From a bacterium (GTDB lineage Bacteria; Patescibacteriota; Patescibacteriia; Patescibacteriales; UBA12465), in NCBI GenBank assembly GCA_021806615.1, contig JAJZRB010000001.1, positions 10,754-74,753 of the forward strand: a DNA stretch of 64,000 nucleotides, written 5' to 3'. Below the pieces are notes generated by a model. That model searched no databases. It saw only the letters and a program-made list of their open reading frames with translations, and was not told where the DNA came from. How positions within the stretch are numbered: the stretch's first letter is position 1; each line of letters starts with the position of its first letter. Of this stretch, positions 49,147-58,313 are shown piece by piece. Made by a program: the position numbers and the translations under genes.

Positions 49147-50640
49147 TCATAATCCTCGGAAAAGGGAGACTATCTTCTGCCCTAAAGTCCGTCCGCTTAG
49201 AGCGATCCGGATTTCTTTGATTTCCACATAATCAGCTGTCTGGGAATCGCCGTCCAGTCCTGGCACAGACAATAAAAAAGTATATTTGCCATCATCGCGG
49301 CTGGCGCCGACGAGCGGGAATCGCGCGGTAGCAGTTTTCCAGCCATTATCTGCGAGCGGCCTCGCATAGTCAGCGACAATATACTTCGTCTCGCCGGATA
49401 ATAATGAAAAATAACGGTCGACCCTCTTGAAGCTCGGATCGAATAGACTGTTGCGGGCAAAGGCAAACACGCCGTTATTCTCTAGGACCAAATCGTCTTT
49501 AGGAAGGCTGATCATCTTTGTCCCGATACCGGCCGGAAAGGTAAAGCGCTTGCCGGTCTTAGCGATAGGAAAGATCCGGCCGCCGAAATTTATCTCTCCC
49601 AAGCTGGCCGGATTCATGGTCTCGACCGATAGGTAGGTCGCGTCGGTAAAGAGATCCAAGCTCCCAGCTCCGGATACTGGCCATACCCTGCTTATAAAAG
49701 ATAGCTTGTCAGAAGAGCTGACGATCTTAGCGATCACCACATCCGGACTGATCCTGACATCGACTTTGTAAACACCGGCTGAAGGAGCCGGCCCATTTAA
49801 GACCAGCTGCTTATCTTCGGCCCGGCCGCTGTCTGGCTCGGGGTTATTATCGGTTAAAGTCCGGCTGGCGATAATGCCCTCTGGAGACGAGACGCTCACC
49901 GTGATCGGGTCCTGGCCCTTGTCCTGATTGAGATCTACGAAGTTAAAGCTCAAACGCCAATCTTCGTGCGGCAGATAGAGATAAAACTGATGTGGTCCGC
50001 GTAGCGGCTGAGTTATAGTGGTCGGCGCGATAGGCGCATAGTCCGGCAGACGGTATTTCGGACTCAACTGGTAATTATAAACGGCGACGCAGGACGTCGG
50101 CCCATTCGGACAATCGCGCAAATGACCGGCGGCAAGATCAGAAAAAAATTCCTCGCTGGAAGTATAGGTCTTATCCGCTTGTAAGACAAGGCGCGAAGCG
50201 GTGTCTTCCAGGCGCGGCCAGCGGAAGCGTAAGGCGTCCACTATATTATTCTGCAAAGGACGCAAGTCGTAAGCGTCCGTCAGTTTATCCTTCAAGACGC
50301 CGATTTCAAATATCGGCGTAGACGCGCTCAGGCGGTCGCGATAAACGACGGTCACCATCGCTTGATCAAAAGCGCGGGGAGTAAATAGGGAAAAATAAAG
50401 CGGATCGGCGATAATCTTTAAGAATCGACTATTTACATCTATCCTTTCCCCCGGTTTAAAATCATATATGAAGCCTTTGCCCGACTTTAACCCGGACGGC
50501 CAAGCCCGGCTATAAGTTATTTCTCCTCCCGGCACTATCTTAAGAAATAAAAAAACAATCACGAATAAGCCAGCCAGCACTGCTAAAAATAGGCGTAATT
50601 TAAACAAAAATGACCATTCTGTCAAAAACGGTTTAACCAT
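49147..50640 (-). CDS. membrane-anchored hypothetical protein
   Basis: 497-aa ORF starting at ATG, with an N-terminal TM segment (LFLAVLAGLFVIVFLFL). I recognise no domain in the remainder. Confidence 0.65.
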   Translation of the reverse strand: MVKPFLTEWSFLFKLRLFLAVLAGLFVIVFLFLKIVPGGEITYSRAWPSGLKSGKGFIYDFKPGERIDVNSRFLKIIADPLYFSLFTPRAFDQAMVTVVYRDRLSASTPIFEIGVLKDKLTDAYDLRPLQNNIVDALRFRWPRLEDTASRLVLQADKTYTSSEEFFSDLAAGHLRDCPNGPTSCVAVYNYQLSPKYRLPDYAPIAPTTITQPLRGPHQFYLYLPHEDWRLSFNFVDLNQDKGQDPITVSVSSPEGIIASRTLTDNNPEPDSGRAEDKQLVLNGPAPSAGVYKVDVRISPDVVIAKIVSSSDKLSFISRVWPVSGAGSLDLFTDATYLSVETMNPASLGEINFGGRIFPIAKTGKRFTFPAGIGTKMISLPKDDLVLENNGVFAFARNSLFDPSFKRVDRYFSLLSGETKYIVADYARPLADNGWKTATARFPLVGASRDDGKYTFLLSVPGLDGDSQTADYVEIKEIRIALSGRTLGQKIVSLFRGL

Positions 50641-50672
50641 AAATATATTTACATTTTACCGTATTTTGACAA

Positions 50673-50713
50673 ATAAAAAAAGGCTCTGATTTTTAAAAAT
50701 CAAAGAGCCTTTC
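50673..50713 (-). terminator. rho-independent terminator downstream of rpoC
   Basis: The minus strand reads AAAGGCTCTTTGATTTTTAAAAATCAGAGCCTTTTTTTATTT. This is a long stem (GGCTCT.../...AGAGCC with a 2-nt bulge) followed by a T-run, starting 30 nt after the rpoC stop. Confidence 0.75.
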
Positions 50714-50742
50714 TTATCTATTAAAATAGTCCGCTAGCCGGC

Positions 50743-53700
50743 TTATTTACCGTAATTCATCCGCTTCTTCTTCCCTTTATAGCCGGTTCCGGCCGGGATT
50801 AAACAGCCGATGATGACATTCTCTTTCAATCCCTCCAAATAATCGATCTTGCCGTTCACGGCGGCGTCGATCAAAACCCGCGATGTTTCTTGGAATGAGG
50901 CGGCGGACAGGAAACTATCCGTAGTCAAGGAAGCTTTGGTAATACCGAGTAAAAGGCGCTCGGCTTCGGCCGGTTTCTTCAGGCCTTGGTTGGCCGTTTC
51001 CAGGACCTCCTCTTCTACCGTTTCTCCCGGCAATAAGCCGGCATCGCCAGCTTCTCTGATAAAATAGCGGGAAAACATCTGGCGAGCTATTATCTCTACG
51101 TGCTTATCATTAAGCGGCTGCCCCTGGGAAGAATAGACGTATTGGATTTCTTTGATGATGTATTTCTGGGTTTCTAGCCGTCCCTTCAGCTTGAAGAGCT
51201 CGCGCAGATCTAAACTGCCTTCGGTCAACTGGGTGCCGCGCTCAATGACATCGCCATCTTTGACCAGGAGCATCGTGCCTTTCAGAATAGGAAATTCCTT
51301 CACCTTTTCTACCTCCTTGGCGATGCTAATATATTTGCCGGTAACCGTAACCGCTCCGCCTGACTTGGCGCGGACGACTTCCCCGCCGACTTTGAACAAT
51401 TCGGCATTTTTGGCAACTTCGGCGCCGTCTTTGACCAAGACTTTGAGCTCCAGCTTCTTCGTATCTTTAGCGGTCAATCCTCCCGCTAGCTTCAATTCAT
51501 TTATCTTCTCTGAAAAATAATATTTATCATGATCCTTGCCTTTATAATAGATGCTCAGGATCTTAGTCTGCGGATTATCGACGCTTATTTCCTTGCCGTC
51601 CTTATCCTTGATGATTTTCTGGGCGAACTCTATTTTCACCCGCCCGGCGACATCGGAAATCAAGGCTTTCTTCTTCGGGCTGCGTGCTTCGAAAATTTCT
51701 TCGACGCGAGGCAGACCCTGAGTGATATCGTCCTGGCCGGCAACGCCGCCCGTATGGAAAGTACGCATCGTGAGCTGCGTGCCCGGTTCGCCGATAGACT
51801 GCGCGGCGATAATGCCCACGGTCGCTCCCATCTTGACGGCTTTATTATAAGCTAAGTCCCAGCCGTAACATTTGGCGCAAACTCCCTTATGCAAACGGCA
51901 ATTCAAAACCGAACGGATGCAGACATCCGCCACCTCTTTCGTTTTTAATAGTTTTAGATTCTCTTCGTTCAATAATTCTCCGGCGGATAGGATCACCTTG
52001 CCTTTCTTATCTTTGGCATCTTTAGCCAGATAACGCCCGACTAAGCGCTTGAAAAAATCTTCGCCGCTATTCTCCAATTCCTCCCGGTTCAGATCCAAGC
52101 CTTCCTTGTCGCCGCAATCCTCTTCAGAAATAATGACATCTTGCGAAACATCGACCAGGCGGCGAGTCAGATAGCCGGCGTTAGCCGTCCTGAGAGCCGT
52201 ATCCGATAAACCTTTACGGACGCCATGCGTGGAAATGAAATATTCCAAGACGCCGAAACCTTCCTTGAAATTACCTTTGACCGGCAACTCGAAAATGGTT
52301 CCGGAGGGAGAAGTCACCAACCCTTTCATCCCCAAGATCTGGACCGGCTGCGCCCAAGAACCGCGGGCGCCGGAATCAATCATGGAAAAAACCGGCAGGA
52401 TATTGGCTAAGCCTTTCTTGCAGACATCGGCTATCTTATCTTTGGTGCTGGTCCATTCCTCGATGACTTTGGCATAACGTTCGCTTTCCGTTAACAAGCC
52501 GTCTTCATATTGCCCCTTGATGATTTCTACTTTCTGATTAGCCGCTTCAATCAGCTTATCTTTCTCCGGCAGATCGGGCAGATCGCCAAAACCCCAGGAC
52601 AAGCCGGACTTGGTGATAAAGGCGAAACTGCGATTCTTCAAGCCGTCAATGAATTTTACCGTTTCCTCTTCGCCATAAATACGCAAGCATTCCCGGATAA
52701 GATCTTTCAGCTTGCCTTTGCCGACCACATCGTTAATATAGCGTAATTTTTCCGGCAAGAGCGAATTAAAGATCAGGCGGCCGATAGTGGTCTTCAGGCG
52801 CTCCCCTTCGTATTGGACGTGAATCGCCTCATGGAGATCGATGCCGCCGCTCTGATAAGCTAAAAGCGCTTCGTCAAAATTATAAAAATGATGCAAGTCT
52901 TCTGCCTGCTTCGCCTGGTATTCCGCTTCCACGAGAGTCATATAATACGTCCCCCAAACGATATCCTGGGCCGGAGCGACTATCGGGTCGCCGGTAGCCG
53001 GCTTCAAGAGATTGTGCGATGAAAGCATCAAGGTTTCAGCTTCATGCTTGGCTTCTTTAGTAAGCGGTACATGGACGGCCATCTGGTCGCCGTCAAAATC
53101 GGCGTTGAAAGCCGTACAGACGAGCGGATGTATCTGGATGGCTTTGCCTTCTATCAAGATCGGGCGGAAAGCTTGGATGCCTAAGCGGTGCAGGGTTGGC
53201 GCACGGTTCAACAGCACGAAGGATTCCTTGATTATCTCTTCTAAAATATCCCAGACTTCATCGTGGCCCGCTTCTATATAGCGGGAAGCGCTGCGGACAT
53301 TATGGACTATCTCCCTTTTAATCAGCTGGGAAATTATGAAAGGCTTGAACAGTTCTAGGGCCATTGTCTTCGGTAAACCGCACTGGTCCAGATTCAAACG
53401 CGGATTGACCACGATAACCGAACGGCCGGAATAATCTACGCGCTTACCCAGCAAGTTCTGGCGGAAACGACCCTGCTTGCCTTTTAAAGTATCGGCCAAT
53501 GATTTTAATTGCCGTTTCTGGCCGGTGGAGGCGGTAACGGTCTTCGTGTGCCGGGCGCTATTGTCGATGAGAGCGTCAACCGCTTCCTGCAACATTCTCT
53601 TTTCATTACGACAGATAACTTCCGGCGCGTTAAGTTCAATAAGTTGTTTCAAACGGTTGTTGCGATTGATGATACGGCGGTAAAGATCATTCAGATCGGA

Positions 53701-54675
53701 CGCGGCGAAGCGGCCGCCGTCTAAAGCGACCATCGGCCGCAGATCCGGCGGTACGACAGGCATCACGGTCATGATCATCCATTCTGGACGGATATCGTTA
53801 TTGCGGAAGCTCTTCAGGAGTTTCAGGCGCTTGACTAATTTCTCTTTCTTGGAATCAATCGCGTTCGTTAATTTTTCTTCCAGGGTATCAATGCTCTTAT
53901 TCAAATCGATTTTAGCTAATAGCTTACGGATAGCTTCGGCGCCGATAGAGGCTTCGAAAATATGGCCGAATTTCTTACTGAGCTCCTGATATTGCTGCTC
54001 GGATAAGATAAGGAGCGGTTTCAATTCTTTCAATTCCTTCTGGACTACGCCGAAATCCTCTTCCAAGCGCGCCAAACGTTCCGCTTTCAGCTTAGCGGCC
54101 TCCTTAAATTCCGGGCTGTTTTCTCCTGTCTGGCCGGACTGTTCTTTCAATTTCTTAACGGTGACATTATACTCGTTATCGATATTTTTCAGCTTTGACT
54201 TGTACTCAGCCTTAACCTGTTCCAGCGTGGAATTCTTCAGGTTCTCATCCACTTCCGTCACGATAAAGCTAGCGTAATAGATGACTTTCTCCAAGGATTG
54301 GATGCCGAGATTAAGCAACAGGCCTATTTTGGAAGACAAGCCGCGCAGGAACCAGATATGCGAAACCGGCACTTGCAGGCTGATGTGCCCGAGGCGTTCC
54401 CGACGGACGATGCTGCGCGTCACTTCCACGCCGCACTTATCGCAGACGATCCCCTTATAACGGATCTTCTTATACTTGCCGCAGGCGCATTCCCAATCTT
54501 TCGTCGGGCCGAAGATGCGTTCGCAGAACAGACCATCCTTTTCCGGTTTTTGCGTGCGGTAATTGATCGTTTCCGGCCGAGTTACTTCGCCGTGCGACCA
54601 GACGAGAATTTCATCCGGACTGGCCAGACGCAAGCGGATAGCATCAAAATCGCTAGTTTTTATCGGATTTAACAT
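50743..54675 (-). CDS. rpoC: DNA-directed RNA polymerase subunit beta'
   Basis: 1310-aa ORF with the zinc motif CACGKYKKIRYKGIVCDKCGVEV and the catalytic NADFDGDQMAVH. Confidence 0.98.
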   Translation of the reverse strand: MLNPIKTSDFDAIRLRLASPDEILVWSHGEVTRPETINYRTQKPEKDGLFCERIFGPTKDWECACGKYKKIRYKGIVCDKCGVEVTRSIVRRERLGHISLQVPVSHIWFLRGLSSKIGLLLNLGIQSLEKVIYYASFIVTEVDENLKNSTLEQVKAEYKSKLKNIDNEYNVTVKKLKEQSGQTGENSPEFKEAAKLKAERLARLEEDFGVVQKELKELKPLLILSEQQYQELSKKFGHIFEASIGAEAIRKLLAKIDLNKSIDTLEEKLTNAIDSKKEKLVKRLKLLKSFRNNDIRPEWMIMTVMPVVPPDLRPMVALDGGRFAASDLNDLYRRIINRNNRLKQLIELNAPEVICRNEKRMLQEAVDALIDNSARHTKTVTASTGQKRQLKSLADTLKGKQGRFRQNLLGKRVDYSGRSVIVVNPRLNLDQCGLPKTMALELFKPFIISQLIKREIVHNVRSASRYIEAGHDEVWDILEEIIKESFVLLNRAPTLHRLGIQAFRPILIEGKAIQIHPLVCTAFNADFDGDQMAVHVPLTKEAKHEAETLMLSSHNLLKPATGDPIVAPAQDIVWGTYYMTLVEAEYQAKQAEDLHHFYNFDEALLAYQSGGIDLHEAIHVQYEGERLKTTIGRLIFNSLLPEKLRYINDVVGKGKLKDLIRECLRIYGEEETVKFIDGLKNRSFAFITKSGLSWGFGDLPDLPEKDKLIEAANQKVEIIKGQYEDGLLTESERYAKVIEEWTSTKDKIADVCKKGLANILPVFSMIDSGARGSWAQPVQILGMKGLVTSPSGTIFELPVKGNFKEGFGVLEYFISTHGVRKGLSDTALRTANAGYLTRRLVDVSQDVIISEEDCGDKEGLDLNREELENSGEDFFKRLVGRYLAKDAKDKKGKVILSAGELLNEENLKLLKTKEVADVCIRSVLNCRLHKGVCAKCYGWDLAYNKAVKMGATVGIIAAQSIGEPGTQLTMRTFHTGGVAGQDDITQGLPRVEEIFEARSPKKKALISDVAGRVKIEFAQKIIKDKDGKEISVDNPQTKILSIYYKGKDHDKYYFSEKINELKLAGGLTAKDTKKLELKVLVKDGAEVAKNAELFKVGGEVVRAKSGGAVTVTGKYISIAKEVEKVKEFPILKGTMLLVKDGDVIERGTQLTEGSLDLRELFKLKGRLETQKYIIKEIQYVYSSQGQPLNDKHVEIIARQMFSRYFIREAGDAGLLPGETVEEEVLETANQGLKKPAEAERLLLGITKASLTTDSFLSAASFQETSRVLIDAAVNGKIDYLEGLKENVIIGCLIPAGTGYKGKKKRMNYGK

Positions 54676-54703
54676 ATATTATGGGTTAAAATATTTATAG
54701 TGA

Positions 54704-57700
54704 TTAATCCTCATCCTTAGCGTTCTCATCTAAAGCGGCTACTATCTCCGGCTTGTCATAGGAGAGTTTTTCGTCGTTAGAGATCTCTTCATCTATTTCC
54801 GTCACTACTTCCGAAGCGGGACGGCCGCCGGCGGCGTCTAAGAGCTCGACATTAAGGCCTAAGCCTTTAAGTTCCCGGATGAGAACATTAAAAGATTCCG
54901 GCACGTTCAATTTCTCAATCTCTTCGCCCTTGATAATCGCCTCATAGGCCTTGCTGCGGCCCGGGACATCATCCGATTTGATAGTTAGCATCTCTTGCAA
55001 GGTGTGCGCCGCGCCGTAGCCTTCCAAAGCCCAGACTTCCATTTCTCCGAATCTCTGGCCGCCGAACTGCGCCTTGCCGCCTAAAGGCTGCTGGGTGATA
55101 AGCGAGTAAGGGCCGATAGATCTCTGGTGGATCTTATCTTCCACCATATGGTTCAATTTCAAAACATATTTATAGCCGACCGTGATCTTATGGTCGTAAG
55201 CCTCGCCGGTCTTGCCGTCATACAGGGTCACTTTACCGTCTTCCGGCAAACCAGCTTCACGCAATTCTCCCCTGATCTGCTCTTCCGTAATGCCGTTGAG
55301 GGCCGGAGTAACGACGCGTCGCCCTAGTTTTTTGGCGGCGAAACCCATGTGCGTCTCCAAAAGCTGCCCGAGGTTCATACGGGAGATAATGCCGAGCGGA
55401 GACAAGATAACGTCAATCGAAGTTCCGTCGGCCATATACGGCATATCTTCAATCGGTACGACCTGGGAAATGACGCCTTTATTGCCGTGCCGGCCGGACA
55501 TCTTATCGCCGACTTGGACTTTACGCAGATTAGCCACGGAGACCTGGATGGATTTCAAAACGCCGGCGGCTAATTTATCGCCCTGCTCGCGAGAAAAGAT
55601 TTTGATATCCACGACTTTGCCGTGTTCGCCGTGCTCTAGATATAAGGAGGAGTCGCGGACATCTTTAGCCTTTTCTCCGAAAATGGCTCGCAATAGCTTT
55701 TCCTCGGCGGAGAGGGTCGTCTCGCCTTTCGGAGTTATCTTACCGACGAGGATGTCGCCCGAAGAGACTTCCGCGCCGATAGAAATGATGCCCTCTTCAT
55801 CCAGATTCTTCAATTTTTCTTCGCTGATATTCGGAATATCATTGGTGATGACTTCCGAGCCGAGCTTCGTATCGCGGACATCTATCGTGTAATTCTCAAT
55901 ATGTATGGACGAATAAATATCTTCTTTCACTAAGCGGTCGGAAATAATGACCGCGTCTTCATAATTGAAGCCCTCCCAAGTCATGAAAGCGACTAAGACG
56001 TTGCGGCCCAAAGACAACTCCCCATTATCAATCGCGGGGCCGTCCGAGAGCACTTCGCCTTTCTTGATTTTCCGCCCGACATCGACGACAGGATGCTGAT
56101 TGATACAGGTGGAAGAGTTGGAACGTAAAAATTTATTTAAATGGTAAGTGATTACCTGGCCTTTCTTATCAGTCTGTTCGATCATCGTGGCGTCGGCCTT
56201 GGTAACCACTCCGTCTTCTTTGGCAATGACCACATGGCCGCTATCGCGCGCCGCCTTTTCCTCCACGCCGGTACCGACTATCGGAGCCTCACTCTTAATG
56301 AGCGGCACGGCCTGACGTTGCATGTTCGTACCCATGAGCGACCGCTGACCGTCATTGTGTTCCATGAAAGGGATGAGCGAGGTGGCGATAGAAATAATCT
56401 GATTAGCGGCCAGACCGACGAAATTTATCTTGGCGACTTCTTCCATCCCCGGTTGGCCGTTCTTTCTCACTTCATATTTAGCAACTAGGATATAGCCGGC
56501 CTTGTCTGTCGGTATCGTCGCGTCGGCCGTTACATATTTTTCTTCTTCAAAAGCGTCTAAGTAGACGATATCGTCGGTAACCCGGCTGCCTTTCTTATCA
56601 TGGATGACTTTACGGTAAGGCGTTTCCAAGAAGCCGTAGCTATTAAGATGGGCGTAGCTGGCTAGGTGGCCGACGAGACCGATATTCGGCCCTTCCGGCG
56701 TCGCGATAGGACAGATGCGGCCGTAGTGGGTGGTATGCACGTCGCGGACATCGAAGCCGGCGCGTTCCCTGGTCAGGCCGCCCGGGCCCATGGCTGACAA
56801 ACGGCGCTTGTGCTCTAATTCGGCCAGCGGATTGGTCTGATCCATGAACTGCGATAATTGGGACGACATGAAAAATTCACGTACGACGCCGATGACCGGA
56901 CGAGCATTAACGAGTTTTGACGGCGTTAAAGAAGCGATGTCCGAAGTAGACATCCTGTCTTTGATGATACGTTCCATGCGCGCCAGGCCGACGCGGAAAC
57001 GGTTCTGAATCAAGCCGCCGACGGCCCGGATACGGCGATTCCCTAAATGATCAATATCATCTTCTAATTCTTTAGTTATATTCAAACGGATGACTTCTTT
57101 CACAATGAGGACTAAATCTTCTTTACGTAAGATCCGATTTTCTTTCTTGTTAGCCGGGAGATCCAAATTGAATCGGCGGTTGAGCTTATAGCGGCCGACG
57201 CGGCCAAAATCATAGCGGTCAAAGCGGAAAAACATGGAATGGATGAGCTGGCGGGCATTATCCACCGAAGCTAAATCGCCTGGACGGATGCGGCGATAGA
57301 CCTCCTGCAAGCCTTCCGCTTCATTTTTTGCCGCATCTTTTTCTATAGTCGCTTCAATGAAGGATTTTTCATCCTTGCTCTTGACTAAATCGACATCGGC
57401 GAATAATTTCAACAGCTCTTCATCGCTGGTATAGCCAAAAGCGCGCAAGAGCGAAGTAACCGCCACTTTACGCTTACGATCAATGCGTACCCAGAGAACT
57501 TTATTGGCATCAGTCTCAATCTCTAGCCAAGCGCCGCGATTCGGGATGATCTTAGCGCCATAACATTTGCGGCCTTTGATAAATTCCGCCGTGAACATGA
57601 CGCCGGCGGAACGGATAAGCTGGGAGACGACGACTCTCTCGATGCCGTTGACAATAAAAGTTCCTTTTTCCGTCATGAGCGGGAAATCACCCAAAAAGAC

Positions 57701-58003
57701 CTCCTGGTTCAGGGCTCGTCCGGTTTTCTTATTGACTAGCCGGACCTTGACCCGGAGAGGCGCTTCATAAGTAATATTCTTCTCCCGGCTTTCTATCTCT
57801 GAGAATTTCGGTTCATCTAAATAATAGTCTTCAAAATATAATTCTAAATCGCGGCCGATAAAATCAGTAACCGGGTTAATTTCATCAAAAAGTTCGGCCA
57901 GGCCTTCGCGCAAGAACCATTTATAGCTTTCCGTCTGGATTTCAATTAAATCCGGTATGGGCATAATCTCATTCAACTCCGAAAACGATTTGCGTGTTAA
58001 CAT
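54704..58003 (-). CDS. rpoB: DNA-directed RNA polymerase subunit beta
   Basis: 1099-aa ORF with N-terminal PDLIEIQTESYKWFL and conserved blocks (GPNIGLV, SRMNLGQLLETH, GGQRFGEMEVWALEGYGAA). Confidence 0.98.
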   Translation of the reverse strand: MLTRKSFSELNEIMPIPDLIEIQTESYKWFLREGLAELFDEINPVTDFIGRDLELYFEDYYLDEPKFSEIESREKNITYEAPLRVKVRLVNKKTGRALNQEVFLGDFPLMTEKGTFIVNGIERVVVSQLIRSAGVMFTAEFIKGRKCYGAKIIPNRGAWLEIETDANKVLWVRIDRKRKVAVTSLLRAFGYTSDEELLKLFADVDLVKSKDEKSFIEATIEKDAAKNEAEGLQEVYRRIRPGDLASVDNARQLIHSMFFRFDRYDFGRVGRYKLNRRFNLDLPANKKENRILRKEDLVLIVKEVIRLNITKELEDDIDHLGNRRIRAVGGLIQNRFRVGLARMERIIKDRMSTSDIASLTPSKLVNARPVIGVVREFFMSSQLSQFMDQTNPLAELEHKRRLSAMGPGGLTRERAGFDVRDVHTTHYGRICPIATPEGPNIGLVGHLASYAHLNSYGFLETPYRKVIHDKKGSRVTDDIVYLDAFEEEKYVTADATIPTDKAGYILVAKYEVRKNGQPGMEEVAKINFVGLAANQIISIATSLIPFMEHNDGQRSLMGTNMQRQAVPLIKSEAPIVGTGVEEKAARDSGHVVIAKEDGVVTKADATMIEQTDKKGQVITYHLNKFLRSNSSTCINQHPVVDVGRKIKKGEVLSDGPAIDNGELSLGRNVLVAFMTWEGFNYEDAVIISDRLVKEDIYSSIHIENYTIDVRDTKLGSEVITNDIPNISEEKLKNLDEEGIISIGAEVSSGDILVGKITPKGETTLSAEEKLLRAIFGEKAKDVRDSSLYLEHGEHGKVVDIKIFSREQGDKLAAGVLKSIQVSVANLRKVQVGDKMSGRHGNKGVISQVVPIEDMPYMADGTSIDVILSPLGIISRMNLGQLLETHMGFAAKKLGRRVVTPALNGITEEQIRGELREAGLPEDGKVTLYDGKTGEAYDHKITVGYKYVLKLNHMVEDKIHQRSIGPYSLITQQPLGGKAQFGGQRFGEMEVWALEGYGAAHTLQEMLTIKSDDVPGRSKAYEAIIKGEEIEKLNVPESFNVLIRELKGLGLNVELLDAAGGRPASEVVTEIDEEISNDEKLSYDKPEIVAALDENAKDED

Positions 58004-58121
58004 AAGTAAATGGATATTGCCGCATTCCTATTTATTCCCCGTCCGACCCAGCGAAGGGCGGAAAGATCCTCCAACCGGAGAAACCGGCGGTCGAATTAGG
58101 AAGGCGGAAATCTAAATTATA
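58004..58121 (-). promoter_or_regulatory. putative long GC-rich structured 5' leader of rpoB, with a possible -10 box
   Basis: A perfect TATAAT lies on the minus strand at 58121-58116, with no convincing -35. Below it is ~110 nt of GC-rich sequence unlike the AT-rich flank. This includes a hairpin at 58042-58062 (TCCGACCC-agcgaa-GGGCGGA on the plus strand) and a CCGG-agaaa-CCGG element at 58073-58085. Confidence 0.3.
58053..58110. repeat. direct repeat GAAGG(G)CGGAAA x2 in the rpoB upstream region
   Basis: GAAGGGCGGAAA at 58053-58064 and GAAGGCGGAAA at 58100-58110 (plus-strand reading). The two copies are identical apart from one extra G and start 47 nt apart. Confidence 0.6.
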
Positions 58122-58192
58122 TTTAAGAGGAGAAATCTATAGTTTAGGCTATAAATTTGTCTGTATATTCACGATGTAATAGCTAATTTAAC

Positions 58193-58216
58193 AAAAAAAC
58201 CCCAATCCCAAATTGG
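58193..58216 (-). terminator. candidate intrinsic terminator after the Mur-ligase gene
   Basis: The minus strand reads CCAAT-TTGGG-ATTGG followed by GGTTTTTTTG. The stem is short (5 bp). A second AU-rich 9-bp hairpin (CACTTTTTT-GTTT-AAAAAAGTG) lies at 58261-58282. Confidence 0.4.
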
Positions 58217-58313
58217 TTTGAGTTTCAATAACTATTAAATTAATTTATTTTTTGATAAATCACTTTTTTAAACAAAAAAGTGTTAAGATATTCTGAGTAT
58301 ATTATACCTGGCG

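Noticed and set aside
57969-58025. An 18-codon upstream ORF (MRQYPFTYVNTQIVFGVE) overlaps the rpoB start out of frame.
   Set aside because: It has no Shine-Dalgarno-like sequence and no features of a functional leader peptide that I can recognise. An ORF this short is expected by chance.
58004-58121. I considered a tRNA or SRP-RNA-like element, since GGTCGAAT resembles a T-loop and AGGAAGGCGG resembles the SRP GGAAGGAAGC region.
   Set aside because: No complementary T-stem or acceptor stem flanks the T-loop-like string. The SRP-like string lacks the conserved tetraloop hairpin context. The region is retained only as a possible rpoB leader.
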